A DNA stretch of 32,000 bases from Halogeometricum borinquense DSM 11551 (GCF_000172995.2 NC_014729.1:2250001-2282000); one strand, 5' to 3'; positions 16,783 to 26,537 are shown, numbered from the stretch's first letter. The notes: generated from the letters alone by a model not told the origin. Translations and numbers: made by a program.

Positions 16783-19467
16783 TCAGTCGCCGGCGAATGA
16801 TTCGGCCGCGATGAGTTCCTCGGGATCTTCCTGCCGAACCGACGACCGGTTGCTGGTCGGGTCCTTTTCGACGGTCACGAGTTCGTCCGCCGCACCGACG
16901 AGTTCGTCGTCGTGACTCACGATGATAATCTGTCGGACGCCGAGATCACGCATCTCGTCTACGAGGTCTACGAGGCGCGAAACGTGCCCCGAGTCGAGGA
17001 ACACCGTCGGTTCGTCGAGGATGAGGGGTGGCATCGGTGCCGCACCTTCGATTCCCTCCGCGAGAAGCCGGTAGATGGCACACCGAAGCGAGAGGTTGAA
17101 CAGCGCCCGCTCGCCACCGGATAACTGCTCGGGATCGAGTGCGGTCCCGTCCTTCTGGAAGACCGTGAGTTCGTATTCGCCGTCGAGACGGATACGCGAG
17201 TAGGCGTCGTTGCCGTACACGAGGTCGAACGTCTCGTTCAGCATTCGTTCGAGCGTCTCGACGTTTCGCTGGCGGAGTTCCGCGCGCAGATCGCCGTACA
17301 TCGCCTCTAACTCCTCGGTCTCTGCGTGAAGCGATTCGAGCGCATCGACGCGCGCGGCGAGTTCGTCGCGGTCTTCACGGAGTGCTTCTAACTGTTCGAG
17401 TTCACCGTTCACCCCGCCGATATCGCTCTGAAGACTGTCGCGTTTCTCGCGGAGTGTAGCGAGTTCCTCGTCAACCTGTTCGAGGTAGTTCTCAGCCTTC
17501 TCTTTCTTCGCTTTCGCCTCTTCGACGGTCGATTCGTCCACCTCGTCGGCGAGTTCGGAGCGTCGGTCGCGTTTCTCGGCTAGTCGCTCCCGCCGCTCGT
17601 CGTTCAACTCGGCGATGCTCTCGCGCCGCTCTTCGAGACGCTCTATCTCCGATTCAGTCTCGGTCAGTTTCGAGCGTAGATCAGAGAGCGTGTCGAGGCG
17701 GCTCTCGGCTTCGGCGACGGATTCGAGGTCCGATTCGAGGCCTTCGACGGTCTCCGCGGCATCCTCCGCCGCCTCGGCTTGCGTCGTCGCAGCCGTCCGT
17801 TTCTCGTCTGCCTCCGCCTCCAGTTTGTCGGCCGCTTCGCGTAGCGTCTCGGCCTCAGTACGGCGTTCCTCCACCGTCTCGCGTGCGTCCTCGATCCGTT
17901 GCTCGAACAACTCCCTGCTGTTGCGGAGTTCGCCGATTCGGTTCTCCGTCTCGACAAGCGACTCCGCACGCTCTAAACGAGAGTTCAGTGTCTCGCGTCG
18001 CTCTCGAAGGTCCGAAAGCGTCGCCTCTAACTCCTCGATTCGCGCTTCGTACTCACCGATTGAATCGACGTGCGGCGAATCTTCGACGGGTTGGCCACAC
18101 TCGGGACACTTCCCTTCATCACGCAGTTCCCGGGCCTCTGTGAGCCTATCGCGGACGTTCTCTCCCTCGGCGTTCGTCTCAGTGAGTTCCGCGCGCACGT
18201 CGGTCAGCGTCTCCCGAACCTCGTCACGGTGGGAGGCCGCTTCGCCGAGTTCGACCGGCGCGTCTTCGAACTCCGCAGTTAGCGACTCCAGTTCGGCTTC
18301 GAGTTCTTCGAGGCGTGCGCTGCGCTGTTCGAGTTCTTCTTCGGCATCCTCGGCGTCATCGTCCAGTTCGTCGGCACGGGAGCGCTTCTCGGCCGCCCGC
18401 GACTCGAACTCCTCGGCGCGTTCGCGCAGTTTCTTGGCCTGGTTCGAGAGCATCGTCCGCCGCTCCCGCACGTCGGTGAGGTCGGACCGAATCTCCGCTT
18501 CTCGCTCGTCGAGTTCATCGCGCCGGGCCGCGATGGCGTCGGACGTTACCTCGTCCAGCGTCGTCTCAGCTCGTTTCTTCTCGATTCGATCTCGAATCTC
18601 CTCGACGCTGTCGCGTGCCTCGCCGACCTCACTCCGAAGCGTTTCTCGTTTCCGTTCGTCCGACTCGATTGTCTCGCGCAGGTCGGCGATATCTTCGGCG
18701 AGTTCGTCCAGTTCCGCGCGTTTCTCGCGGTACGTTTCGAGGACCTCTTCTGCATTCTCTCGCGTCTCGACCGCCTTCTCGCGTTGGTCTTCGTAGCGTT
18801 CGATCTGGTCGTCAACTTCACCGAGTTCGGTTTCGAGCGCGTTCAGGCGTTCGTGGAGTCCAGCGTCCTCCTTCGCTTCGATCTGCGATTCGACTTTGGA
18901 GAGGGCACCGCGACGTTCGGTCAATACGTCTTCGACGCCGAGGCGGGCTTTTCCCGCGCGGACGCGGTACTCCTCTAACTTACCGAGTTGGAGCAGGTCG
19001 TCTATCGTGTCCTGCCGTTGGCTGGGCGTCGCGTTGATGAGTTTGTTCACCTCGCCCTGCCGAACGTACGCGCAGTTGACGAACGCCTCCGCGTCCATCC
19101 GGAGGAGGTCCGCAACGAATCCGCGAACGTCGCGTGCGCCATCGACTGACACATCCGGCCCTTCGAGGAGGCATTTTGCTGTTTGCACACGGTCACCAGA
19201 TTTGCGGAGACGGCGATGGATGTGATACGACCCGCCATCGTGGGTGAACCACAGTTCTATCTCGGCTTCCTCTGTTCCGGTGGTCATCACGTCCTCTAAG
19301 TTCTCGTCTAACGCGCGCGCACCGTAGAGCGCGAAGAAACACGCCTCCAATAATGACGACTTTCCACTCCCGTTCAGCCCGTGGATGACGGTCACGCCGT
19401 CGGTCAGATCGAGGTCCGTCTCCGCGTACGGCTTGAAATTCTGGAGTCGAATCCGGTCGAAGCGCAT
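16783..19467 (-). CDS. rad50: DNA double-strand break repair ATPase Rad50
   Basis: Walker [10 protein letters not shown], long coiled coil, zinc hook KCPECGQP, signature LSGGE, Walker B LILDEPT. The ATG directly abuts the mre11 stop codon. Confidence 0.95.
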   Translation of the reverse strand: MRFDRIRLQNFKPYAETDLDLTDGVTVIHGLNGSGKSSLLEACFFALYGARALDENLEDVMTTGTEEAEIELWFTHDGGSYHIHRRLRKSGDRVQTAKCLLEGPDVSVDGARDVRGFVADLLRMDAEAFVNCAYVRQGEVNKLINATPSQRQDTIDDLLQLGKLEEYRVRAGKARLGVEDVLTERRGALSKVESQIEAKEDAGLHERLNALETELGEVDDQIERYEDQREKAVETRENAEEVLETYREKRAELDELAEDIADLRETIESDERKRETLRSEVGEARDSVEEIRDRIEKKRAETTLDEVTSDAIAARRDELDEREAEIRSDLTDVRERRTMLSNQAKKLRERAEEFESRAAEKRSRADELDDDAEDAEEELEQRSARLEELEAELESLTAEFEDAPVELGEAASHRDEVRETLTDVRAELTETNAEGENVRDRLTEARELRDEGKCPECGQPVEDSPHVDSIGEYEARIEELEATLSDLRERRETLNSRLERAESLVETENRIGELRNSRELFEQRIEDARETVEERRTEAETLREAADKLEAEADEKRTAATTQAEAAEDAAETVEGLESDLESVAEAESRLDTLSDLRSKLTETESEIERLEERRESIAELNDERRERLAEKRDRRSELADEVDESTVEEAKAKKEKAENYLEQVDEELATLREKRDSLQSDIGGVNGELEQLEALREDRDELAARVDALESLHAETEELEAMYGDLRAELRQRNVETLERMLNETFDLVYGNDAYSRIRLDGEYELTVFQKDGTALDPEQLSGGERALFNLSLRCAIYRLLAEGIEGAAPMPPLILDEPTVFLDSGHVSRLVDLVDEMRDLGVRQIIIVSHDDELVGAADELVTVEKDPTSNRSSVRQEDPEELIAAESFAGD

Positions 19468-20898
19468 CTAAAAGTCCTCCATCGTGAACTGTTGGTTCGG
19501 TTCGGCGTTTCCGTTCTCTGCGTCCGCGTCGGTGGCTGTGTCGTCTTCGGTGTCGGTATCGACTGTAGTGTCCGTGTCAGTTGTTTCGTCCGTCCCGACT
19601 GTGGCGTCCGTGTCAGTCGTCCCGTGTGTTTCGACTGCCACCTCGTCTTCATCTGTCGTGTTTGCCTCGGTCGTTGCGGCCGTCTCGATGGAGTCATCAC
19701 TCTCGTCGGTCGCGTCCGTCTCAGTAGTCACGTCTGTCGCGGATGGTGTCGATTCCTTTCCTTCGGACTCCGTGCCGTCGGTATCGGCGGGGGTAAAGGC
19801 ATCGAGGTCGTCCGATTCGAGGAGCGAATCGACGCGCGTCTTCACTTCTTCGCGGACGTTCGCGTCCGCCGTCTTACTCGCTCGAACCGTCTCATCCACG
19901 TCGAGAGCCGCCGTCGATAGGCCGAGATCAGAGACTCGCTCGCGTACTGCGTCGTCCGGGTCCGCAAACGAGACATCTACCTCTGTCTCCGTCTCCATCG
20001 ACCGACGGTCGGTGACTCGGGCGACGAGGGCACCCCGTTCGCTCAGGAACTCCTCTATCGAAGCGGGGGTGACCGGTTCGCCCTCGCCCGTGATCTCAAC
20101 GATAGCGACGGCATCGTCAACGTCGTGTTGTCGGACCTGCTCGCGGACGCGCTCGGCACCTTCGTCGTCTGCGAGTTCGACGGAGACGAACGCGAACGGT
20201 CGCGTGTCCAGCGAACGGCGACGGATATCCACCTCGTCGTCGAACGTGACGAGATTGTATCCGCGAGCCTCCGTCTCGGCGGCACTCGCGCGTTCGGTCG
20301 ACCCACAGTAAGTCACCCACGTCCCATCGACTTGTTCGGTTCCCGGCGCGTGGTTGTCGCCGATGAGGAACGCGTCGAATGCGACGTTCGACTCGCCGAG
20401 AACGGTCTCTGTCTCCCAATCGGCGTGGGCGAACGGCGTGAATAGACCGTGACCGACAAGTGCGGCATGGGCGGCGTCGTGCGGTTCGAAGTCGTACGCC
20501 AGGTCGTCCCGACGGGCCTTCGGCACGTGATCGAGACCGTAAAACGCCGTATCGCCGACGACGTGCGGGTCGTCGCCGAGACGTTCCGCGAGGCCGAGAT
20601 TCTCGAAGAGGTCCAGCCACTGCCCGCCGCGCGTGGACTCGTGGTTCCCGACGACGGCGAGAAACGGAATCTCCGCGTCGTCCAACTGACGGAGGATGCT
20701 GATCGTTCCGAGGAGGTCGCGGAGTTCCGGTCGTCGGTCGTGGAACAGGTCGCCCGCGTGGACAACAGCGTCTACGTCGTCCGCGATAGCATCTGCGACC
20801 ACCTGTTCGAACGCGTCGAGGAAGTCACGACGCCGTTCCGGCGAGTGGTACTGCTGGTACCCAATGTGGGTGTCGCCGGTGTGTATCACCCGAGTCAT
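19468..20898 (-). CDS. mre11: DNA double-strand break repair nuclease Mre11, with a ~108-aa acidic T/D-rich C-terminal tail
   Basis: Phosphoesterase motifs HTGDTHIG, HAGDLFH, VVGNHES and GHG. Operon with rad50. Confidence 0.95.
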   Translation of the reverse strand: MTRVIHTGDTHIGYQQYHSPERRRDFLDAFEQVVADAIADDVDAVVHAGDLFHDRRPELRDLLGTISILRQLDDAEIPFLAVVGNHESTRGGQWLDLFENLGLAERLGDDPHVVGDTAFYGLDHVPKARRDDLAYDFEPHDAAHAALVGHGLFTPFAHADWETETVLGESNVAFDAFLIGDNHAPGTEQVDGTWVTYCGSTERASAAETEARGYNLVTFDDEVDIRRRSLDTRPFAFVSVELADDEGAERVREQVRQHDVDDAVAIVEITGEGEPVTPASIEEFLSERGALVARVTDRRSMETETEVDVSFADPDDAVRERVSDLGLSTAALDVDETVRASKTADANVREEVKTRVDSLLESDDLDAFTPADTDGTESEGKESTPSATDVTTETDATDESDDSIETAATTEANTTDEDEVAVETHGTTDTDATVGTDETTDTDTTVDTDTEDDTATDADAENGNAEPNQQFTMEDF

Positions 20899-20922
20899 CT
20901 ATCCGTGGCTTGGCAGGACGGT

Positions 20923-20930
20923 GGTAAAAC
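20923..20930 (-). promoter_or_regulatory. TATA-like box (minus strand gttttacc) about 28 nt upstream of the mre11 ATG
   Basis: Based on spacing and AT-richness only. Confidence 0.35.
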
Positions 20931-20980
20931 GGTTCCGCGAACGCGGCGAAGGCGTCGTCGTCGCTCGGTCAGTCATCCGC

Positions 20981-21298
20981 TCACCAACGCTCTTCTGTGT
21001 GGTCGCCGCGCAGCTCGGCAGCAGCCGAATCGAGGCGGCGAAGCGTTTCCAGCGCTCGTCTTCCGCGTTCGGCCGTCGTCGTCTCGCCTGCCGACTCCGC
21101 ATCAGCGACGGCCCGCGCGAGTTCTGGCAGTCGATTGGCTCGAAGAAACGTTGCTGCGTCAATGGCGCACTCTGTAGCCGCTGTCGCATCCGCGATACGT
21201 TCGTTAAATGTCTGCGTCGTCGTCGGTGCCGTTCCGGTCGCTAACGCCCGCAACGCATCTCGAACGGCCTCTGGGTTTGGCGGTGAAGCGTCGGACAC
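20981..21298 (-). CDS. Hypothetical Ala-rich acidic protein (105 aa)
   Basis: Its acidic composition and GC3 fit the genome. The overlapping plus-strand ORFs are Ser/Arg-rich antisense artefacts. No motif recognised. Confidence 0.55.
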   Translation of the reverse strand: MSDASPPNPEAVRDALRALATGTAPTTTQTFNERIADATAATECAIDAATFLRANRLPELARAVADAESAGETTTAERGRRALETLRRLDSAAAELRGDHTEERW

Positions 21299-21323
21299 GG
21301 GACAACTGGCCCCGTTTCCATAC

Positions 21324-21587
21324 TTAAAGATTCAGTGTGTACAGCCGTTTCCGTGCGTCCGAAAAGGAAAAGCGCGAGTTAACGGCGTCAGCCTCTTCGA
21401 GTCGGGAAAGCGCGTAACGAACCGTCCGCGGCGGAAGAAGCGTCTCCTCCGCGAGCTGGCTCTGCGTCAGTGTTTCGTTGTAGTCGAGGACTTTTGCGAC
21501 GAGTTTCGCGCTCGGTGGCATCTCTCGGATGGGGTCCCAACGGTCAGTCGTCCCCTCGTCCGTACCGACTACCTCGGTGGTGCTCAT
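21324..21587 (-). CDS. Small winged-helix (MarR/TrmB-like) DNA-binding protein
   Basis: LTQSQLAEETLLPPRTVRYALSRLEEADAV is a typical HTH + wing. ATG 21587 (MSTTEV) sits about 35 nt downstream of an AT-rich block. The extension to 21665 runs into AT-rich promoter DNA. Confidence 0.75.
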   Translation of the reverse strand: MSTTEVVGTDEGTTDRWDPIREMPPSAKLVAKVLDYNETLTQSQLAEETLLPPRTVRYALSRLEEADAVNSRFSFSDARKRLYTLNL

Positions 21588-21730
21588 TCGTACCCATAGC
21601 TCATAGATGTAGCATAATAATATTTGCTGTATTAGATTATTACTACAAGGAATTTCATGCGGCACGAGATCGAATCAGAAGACAGCGGCTATCCCCCGTG
21701 AGACGGTCAGACACCCCATCTACCCGAAGG

Positions 21731-21741
21731 CTCTTATGAAA
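21731..21741 (+). promoter_or_regulatory. TATA-like box (ctcttatgaaa) for panA, implying a leaderless transcript
   Basis: About 25 nt upstream of the GTG/ATG at 21758/21761. Confidence 0.35.
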
Positions 21742-21757
21742 CGCTACCCTACGACGG

Positions 21758-22978
21758 GTGATGACCGATACTGTGGACGACGTCGACCTCCCGTACGACG
21801 AGGACGCGGCGTCGCAGCAGGAGAAAATTCAGGCACTCCAAGAGCGCCTCGATATTCTCGAATCTCAGAACGAAGAGATGCGGGATAAGTTGCTGGATGC
21901 AAACGCTGAGAACAACAAGTATCAACAGAAGCTAGAGCGACTGACTCACGAGAACAAGAAGCTCAAGCAGTCGCCACTGTTCGTCGCCACCGTCCAGGAG
22001 ATAACGGACGAGGGCGTCATCATCAAACAGCACGGCAACAACCAAGAAGCACTTACGGAGGTCACTGACGAGTTGCGCGAGGACCTCGAACCGGACTCTC
22101 GCGTCGCCGTCAACAACTCTCTCTCTATCGTCAAACGTCTCGACAACGAAACCGACGTTCGGGCGCGTGTCATGCAGGTCGAGCACAGTCCGGACGTTAG
22201 TTACGCGGACATCGGTGGACTCGAACAGCAGATGCAGGAAGTCCGCGAGACCGTCGAGATGCCGCTCGAATCGCCCGAAATGTTCGATCAGGTCGGCATC
22301 CAACCGCCGTCCGGGGTCCTCCTCTACGGGCCGCCGGGGACGGGCAAGACGATGCTGGCGAAAGCTGTCGCAAACCAGACGAACGCGTCATTCATCAAGA
22401 TGGCCGGGTCCGAACTCGTCCACAAGTTCATCGGCGAAGGCGCGAAACTCGTCCGCGACCTGTTCGAGGTCGCCCGCGAGAACGAACCCGCTGTCATCTT
22501 CATCGACGAAATCGACGCTATCGCCTCGAAGCGTACGGACTCGAAAACGTCCGGCGACGCCGAGGTGCAGCGGACGATGATGCAACTGCTCAGTGAGATG
22601 GACGGCTTCGAGGAACGTGGCGACATCCGCATCATCGCTGCGACGAACCGCTTCGACATGCTCGATCCCGCGATTCTTCGGCCGGGTCGGTTCGACCGTC
22701 TCATCGAGGTGCCCAAGCCCGATGTCGAGGGGCGCGAGATTATCTTCCAGATCCACACGCGCAACATGAACGTCGCCGACGACGTGGACTTCCACCAACT
22801 CGCAGAGATGGCCGACGAGGCGTCCGGTGCCGACGTGAAAGCCATCTGTACCGAGGCTGGGATGTTCGCTATCCGCGACGACCGCACAGAAATCTATATG
22901 GGCGACTTCGTCTCCGCATGGGAGAAGATTCAGGCCGAAGCGGACGACGACGCCGACGTGTCTCGCGCGTTCGCCTGA
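21758..22978 (+). CDS. pan: Proteasome-activating nucleotidase (PAN, AAA+ ATPase)
   Basis: N-terminal coiled coil, OB domain, Walker A GPPGTGKT, Walker B VIFIDEID, and the RPGRFDR second region of homology. Very similar to the Haloferax PanA sequence as I remember it. Confidence 0.95.
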   Translation: MMTDTVDDVDLPYDEDAASQQEKIQALQERLDILESQNEEMRDKLLDANAENNKYQQKLERLTHENKKLKQSPLFVATVQEITDEGVIIKQHGNNQEALTEVTDELREDLEPDSRVAVNNSLSIVKRLDNETDVRARVMQVEHSPDVSYADIGGLEQQMQEVRETVEMPLESPEMFDQVGIQPPSGVLLYGPPGTGKTMLAKAVANQTNASFIKMAGSELVHKFIGEGAKLVRDLFEVARENEPAVIFIDEIDAIASKRTDSKTSGDAEVQRTMMQLLSEMDGFEERGDIRIIAATNRFDMLDPAILRPGRFDRLIEVPKPDVEGREIIFQIHTRNMNVADDVDFHQLAEMADEASGADVKAICTEAGMFAIRDDRTEIYMGDFVSAWEKIQAEADDDADVSRAFA

Positions 22979-22999
22979 CGGACGAAACCGACTTTTTCC

Positions 23000-23128
23000 T
23001 TAGAGCGCACTGACGACAGCGTACGGAACGAGAAACAGGATGACGAACATCACGAGGAGGATCGCTCCGTACCCTGCGAGAGTAGCGAGACTCGTGCGCC
23101 ACGCGTCCGCAGTGAAGTCTACGTTCAT
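23000..23128 (-). CDS. Candidate 42-aa single-TM micro-protein (below the ORF-track size cut-off)
   Basis: MNVDFTADAWRTSLATLAGYGAILLVMFVILFLVPYAVVSAL. GC3-rich codons. A TATA-like cttaat (23152-23157) is centred about 27 nt upstream of ATG 23128. Confidence 0.45.
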   Translation of the reverse strand: MNVDFTADAWRTSLATLAGYGAILLVMFVILFLVPYAVVSAL

Positions 23129-23215
23129 ATCCGACCCACCGCGGCAACTCGCTTAATCGTTCGGGGTTCGACCCCACTCCGAACTACTCAAAGTGCACGA
23201 CGCCGAGCCATAGAT

Positions 23216-23899
23216 ATGGGAACATCACTCGACACGCGCGAGGCGCAGGTTGAGGAGATACTCGACCGACTCTACGAAGCGTATCCCGACACGACCATCT
23301 CGCTGAACTTCTCGACCAGACTCGAACTGCTCATCGCCGTCGTCCTCTCGGCGCAGTGTACCGACGAACGAGTGAACGAAGTCACGGCGGAACTGTTCGA
23401 GAAGTACCAGACACCGGAAGACTACGCCGCAGCGGATGTCGAGGAACTGGCCGACGACATCTACGGCATCACCTTCCACAACAACAAGGCCGGATACCTG
23501 CAGTCTATCGGTGAGACGCTGGTCGAAGAACACGACGGTGAGGTGCCGGATACGATGAGCGAACTCACCGATCTTTCGGGCGTTGGACGAAAGACGGCGA
23601 ACGTCGTCCTGCAACACGGTCACGACGTTGTCGAAGGTATCGTCGTCGATACGCACGTTCGACGCCTCTCGCGGCGACTCGGAATCACGGAGGAGGAACG
23701 CCCGGAGAAAATAGAGCAGGACTTGATGCCCGTCGTTCCCGAAGCAGACTGGCAGCAGTTTACCCATCTGTTTATCAGCCATGGCCGCGCCGTCTGCGAT
23801 GCACGTAACCCAGACTGTGACGAGTGTGTCCTTGAGGATCTCTGCCCATCGTCAAAACTGGACCACGACGTCGATTTAGCCAGCGGCGAGGCGTGGTAG
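23216..23899 (+). CDS. nth: Endonuclease III (DNA glycosylase / AP lyase)
   Basis: HhH-GPD motif LTDLSGVGRKTANVVL and a [4Fe-4S] loop C-x6-C-x2-C-x5-C (CDARNPDCDECVLEDLC). Confidence 0.93.
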   Translation: MGTSLDTREAQVEEILDRLYEAYPDTTISLNFSTRLELLIAVVLSAQCTDERVNEVTAELFEKYQTPEDYAAADVEELADDIYGITFHNNKAGYLQSIGETLVEEHDGEVPDTMSELTDLSGVGRKTANVVLQHGHDVVEGIVVDTHVRRLSRRLGITEEERPEKIEQDLMPVVPEADWQQFTHLFISHGRAVCDARNPDCDECVLEDLCPSSKLDHDVDLASGEAW

Positions 23900-24379
23900 T
23901 CACAAGAGATACGACGAGACGTACTGGTAGATGCCGAGGAACCACGCGAGTATCCAGAGGATAACGTAGCCGAAGACGCCGATACGGAGACGGCCGCGCC
24001 AGGCACCCATGTGTTCGTGCAGGTCGTCTAATTCTATGTCCTGATCCGGGTCGTGATAGAGGTCGGCATTACGTTTGGCTTGGTAGATACGAATGATACC
24101 CGTGAGCGCGAACGCGAGCAACGCGTACGCCTGTAGGCCGAGGACCGCGTGGAGTGCGGAGAATCCCCCGAGTTGATCGAGGAGTCGCGGCGCCATCCAG
24201 AAGACGACGGGTACCGTGGTGAGGATGAGACCGGGGACGATGAACTTGAGGTGGTAGATCAGCACGTCCCACGTCACCGTCTCCGTATCGATCATTATCC
24301 ACGCGCCGTAGATGTAGAACGGAAAACTGACCGTGACCATCAACGCCGCCCCCGTTGCGATGGCCGCATCAGATACCAT
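23900..24379 (-). CDS. Integral membrane protein, ~4 TM helices, function unknown
   Basis: Hydrophobic segments with conserved-looking His residues (YHLKF, LHAVLGLQ). Divergent from the respiratory cluster. Confidence 0.72.
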   Translation of the reverse strand: MVSDAAIATGAALMVTVSFPFYIYGAWIMIDTETVTWDVLIYHLKFIVPGLILTTVPVVFWMAPRLLDQLGGFSALHAVLGLQAYALLAFALTGIIRIYQAKRNADLYHDPDQDIELDDLHEHMGAWRGRLRIGVFGYVILWILAWFLGIYQYVSSYLL

Positions 24380-24500
24380 CGCTGGGAGTTAGGAGTCAAG
24401 CGGCCTAAATGGCCCGACTCTCCCGTCACAAACGATAGTCGATAGCGGATCGAAACTCCACGTCGGAGGGCTTAACAGCGTCGCGGCGGAATATTCACTA

Positions 24501-25322
24501 ATGGCTGACGCCTCGGACGGAACCGCAGACCGCCAGACGGACCTCGAAGATACCGAGGAAGCCGAACTCGAAGCACTGCGTCAAGAAGTCGAAGAGAAGT
24601 ACGACTTCGAGAACTTCGGTCCGTCGGACATGGCGGAGATGTCCGCCCAAGAGTGGGAGGCGGCGTTCGATCCCGACTCGTGGATCGTTGGCGAAGAGCT
24701 TCTTACCCGAGTGGAAAAGGAACTGAAGAGCCGCGTCGCCCGACGGGAGATATTCGGCGTCGTCGAACGCGTCCGCGTCGAGGGCGAACCGCATATCCTC
24801 GTATACTCCGACGAGGGGTACGCACTCGTCACGCCGGATGGCGACCTCCAAGGAGAGGGTACCGTCTACCGCGACGTACGGCCGACGCTGGTTCTCTGTT
24901 CGATGGATGACTTCGAGGTAGCGGAACCGCCCGAAGACTTCTCGTTACCGGCTCCGGAGGAAGTGGTCGATCAATCGAGTGAGCTCGGGAACCTGATGTT
25001 GCAGATAATCGCCGCCGGACAGATTCTTGGCGGCATCACGCTGTTGGTGCTGTGGTTGTTCACTGATCTGATCCCGTTCGCCTCGAACGCGAGAATGAAC
25101 ATCGTTCCACCTGTCGCGTCCGCATTCTTCCTCCTCATCGGGATCTTTCTGTTTGTCGTCGTTGCCAATGCGCGCCTCTCCGACCGGTTCCGAGCCGAGG
25201 AGTATCGGAACCGACTCCGCGCCGTTCAGGAGGGTGGCCGACCAGATTTTGTCCCGCTAGATGACGGATCTGGTACGGCGCTCGAATCCAACGACCGGGA
25301 CGACAGTAACGGGGCGCGATAG
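24501..25322 (+). CDS. Hypothetical protein with an acidic soluble N-domain and two C-terminal TM helices
   Basis: A TATA-like cttaac lies about 27 nt upstream of the ATG. TM segments LMLQIIAAGQILGGITLLVLWLF and VASAFFLLIGIFLFVVVA. Confidence 0.72.
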   Translation: MADASDGTADRQTDLEDTEEAELEALRQEVEEKYDFENFGPSDMAEMSAQEWEAAFDPDSWIVGEELLTRVEKELKSRVARREIFGVVERVRVEGEPHILVYSDEGYALVTPDGDLQGEGTVYRDVRPTLVLCSMDDFEVAEPPEDFSLPAPEEVVDQSSELGNLMLQIIAAGQILGGITLLVLWLFTDLIPFASNARMNIVPPVASAFFLLIGIFLFVVVANARLSDRFRAEEYRNRLRAVQEGGRPDFVPLDDGSGTALESNDRDDSNGAR

Positions 25323-25445
25323 GCGTCTCGAACAGATAGCAAATCGGCCAAGATCACGAACGACGGCTCTATCGGCGGTATCCGAGCCGCTTTTCGGCAC
25401 AACCTGAAGACGCCGACAACGGGACAGCTGCGGGGGAGTCGGTGG

Positions 25446-25453
25446 GTTTAAGC
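25446..25453 (+). promoter_or_regulatory. TATA-like box (gtttaagc) for the halocyanin-cytochrome b operon
   Basis: Centred about 29 nt upstream of ATG 25479. Confidence 0.4.
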
Positions 25454-25478
25454 GCGTTCCATCCTGAGAATTTCCTGT

Positions 25479-26150
25479 ATGAAAAGGCGGGACTTTCTGA
25501 GAGCGGCAAGCGTCCCTGCCGCCACCGCGACGGCATCTGCCGCCGCCGGAGTCGGGGCCGCCCAAGAGACGGGTAACTCGACGTCGAGCGGGACTGGCAC
25601 CGCCACCGGAACGGGCACAGGAACAGGTACAGGAACCGGGACCGGAAATGAAACCGCAACGGGCGGTGGTGGTAGTGGTGGTGGACCCACCAAGACCGTC
25701 ACCGTCGGACCGGGCAATGACCTCGTGTTCTCACCTGGAACCGGGGAACCACTCGAAATCGCTCCCGGGACGACGGTGGAATTCGTTTGGGATTCGAATA
25801 ACCACAACATCGTCGTTGAGAGCCAACCCGATGGCGCGAACTGGCAGGGTCACGAATCCATCGAGAACGAGGGATTCACGTACACTCACACGTTCGAGAC
25901 GCTCGGTGAGTATTCGTACTTCTGTCAACCGCACAAATCCGCAGGAATGGTCGGTACCATCGTCGTCACCGAGAATCCCGGTGGCGGAGAAGGCGGTGGC
26001 GAGAAGGAACTGCACGAACTCGGTGTCCCGATTCAGGCACACTGGGTCGGTTCTGCCACCATCCTCGGAATCATCGTGAGCGCCATCTTCACGTTCTACA
26101 TCTTGAAGTACGGCGAGTCCCCAAACACGGGTACTGGGAGGAACGGATAG
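25479..26150 (+). CDS. Halocyanin-type blue copper protein with a Tat signal, TG/G-rich linker, cupredoxin domain and C-terminal TM anchor
   Basis: Twin-arginine MKRRDFLRAAS. Type-1 Cu ligands NNHN...CQPHKSAGM (His, Cys-x2-His-x4-Met). C-terminal TM WVGSATILGIIVSAIFTFYIL. Confidence 0.9.
   Translation: MKRRDFLRAASVPAATATASAAAGVGAAQETGNSTSSGTGTATGTGTGTGTGTGTGNETATGGGGSGGGPTKTVTVGPGNDLVFSPGTGEPLEIAPGTTVEFVWDSNNHNIVVESQPDGANWQGHESIENEGFTYTHTFETLGEYSYFCQPHKSAGMVGTIVVTENPGGGEGGGEKELHELGVPIQAHWVGSATILGIIVSAIFTFYILKYGESPNTGTGRNG
25590..25686 (+). repeat. Imperfect hexanucleotide (ACN GGN) repeat followed by a GGN run, encoding GTGTATGTGTGTGTGTGTG...GGGGSGGG
   Basis: Read directly: ggg act ggc acc gcc acc gga acg ggc aca gga aca ggt aca gga acc ggg acc gga ... 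ggc ggt ggt ggt agt ggt ggt gga. Confidence 0.85.
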
Positions 26151-26537
26151 ATGTCCTCTAGTGGCAGTACCTACGGTGATATTCACCGGTACGAACCGGC
26201 GCGCGAGAGTACGGCGGCGGCCATCGCCATCGTTCTCCTGACCATCATCGAGGTCATCTTCGTGTTCCTGTTCAGTTACGGTCTCGTCTCCGGATGGGGC
26301 CTGTCGGACACCGGGAACATGTTCCTCGGCGCAGTCCTCGCGGTCATCTTCGTGGACCTCGCGTTCATCCTCGCGCTGTACCGCAAGGAGTTCCTGCCGG
26401 ACGTAATGATCGTCAAGAAACGGCGTCGGAAGTGGGAAGACCTCTACATCCGCGAAGAAGACGCTGATGGCGTCGAATTCGGTGTCGGTGCGTGGGATCA
26501 GGTCAAACGCGCCGTCTACCCGTACTACAAGAGGTAA
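26151..26537 (+). CDS. Two-TM membrane protein of unknown function, translationally adjacent to halocyanin and cytochrome b
   Basis: The ATG directly follows the halocyanin TAG, and its stop is 2 nt before the cytochrome b ATG. TM segments AIAIVLLTIIEVIFVFLFSYGLV and FLGAVLAVIFVDLAFILALY. Confidence 0.75.
   Translation: MSSSGSTYGDIHRYEPARESTAAAIAIVLLTIIEVIFVFLFSYGLVSGWGLSDTGNMFLGAVLAVIFVDLAFILALYRKEFLPDVMIVKKRRRKWEDLYIREEDADGVEFGVGAWDQVKRAVYPYYKR

Noticed and set aside
17615-18796. A 393-aa extremely Ser/Arg-rich ORF on the plus strand inside rad50.
   Set aside because: It is the mirror image of the Glu/Asp/Leu/Arg-rich Rad50 coiled-coil codons (GAG/GAC/CTC/CGC read in reverse). It is a low-complexity artefact, not a gene.
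20997-21599. Plus-strand ORFs 20449..21177, 20696..21244 and 20997..21599 in the region upstream of mre11.
   Set aside because: They have Ser/Arg-rich composition and span two separately supported minus-strand genes and their spacer.
22869-23177. A 102-aa minus-strand ORF overlapping the 3' end of pan.
   Set aside because: It is Arg-rich and overlaps pan by about 110 nt. A different frame in the same spacer gives a more credible 42-aa TM peptide with a properly spaced promoter.
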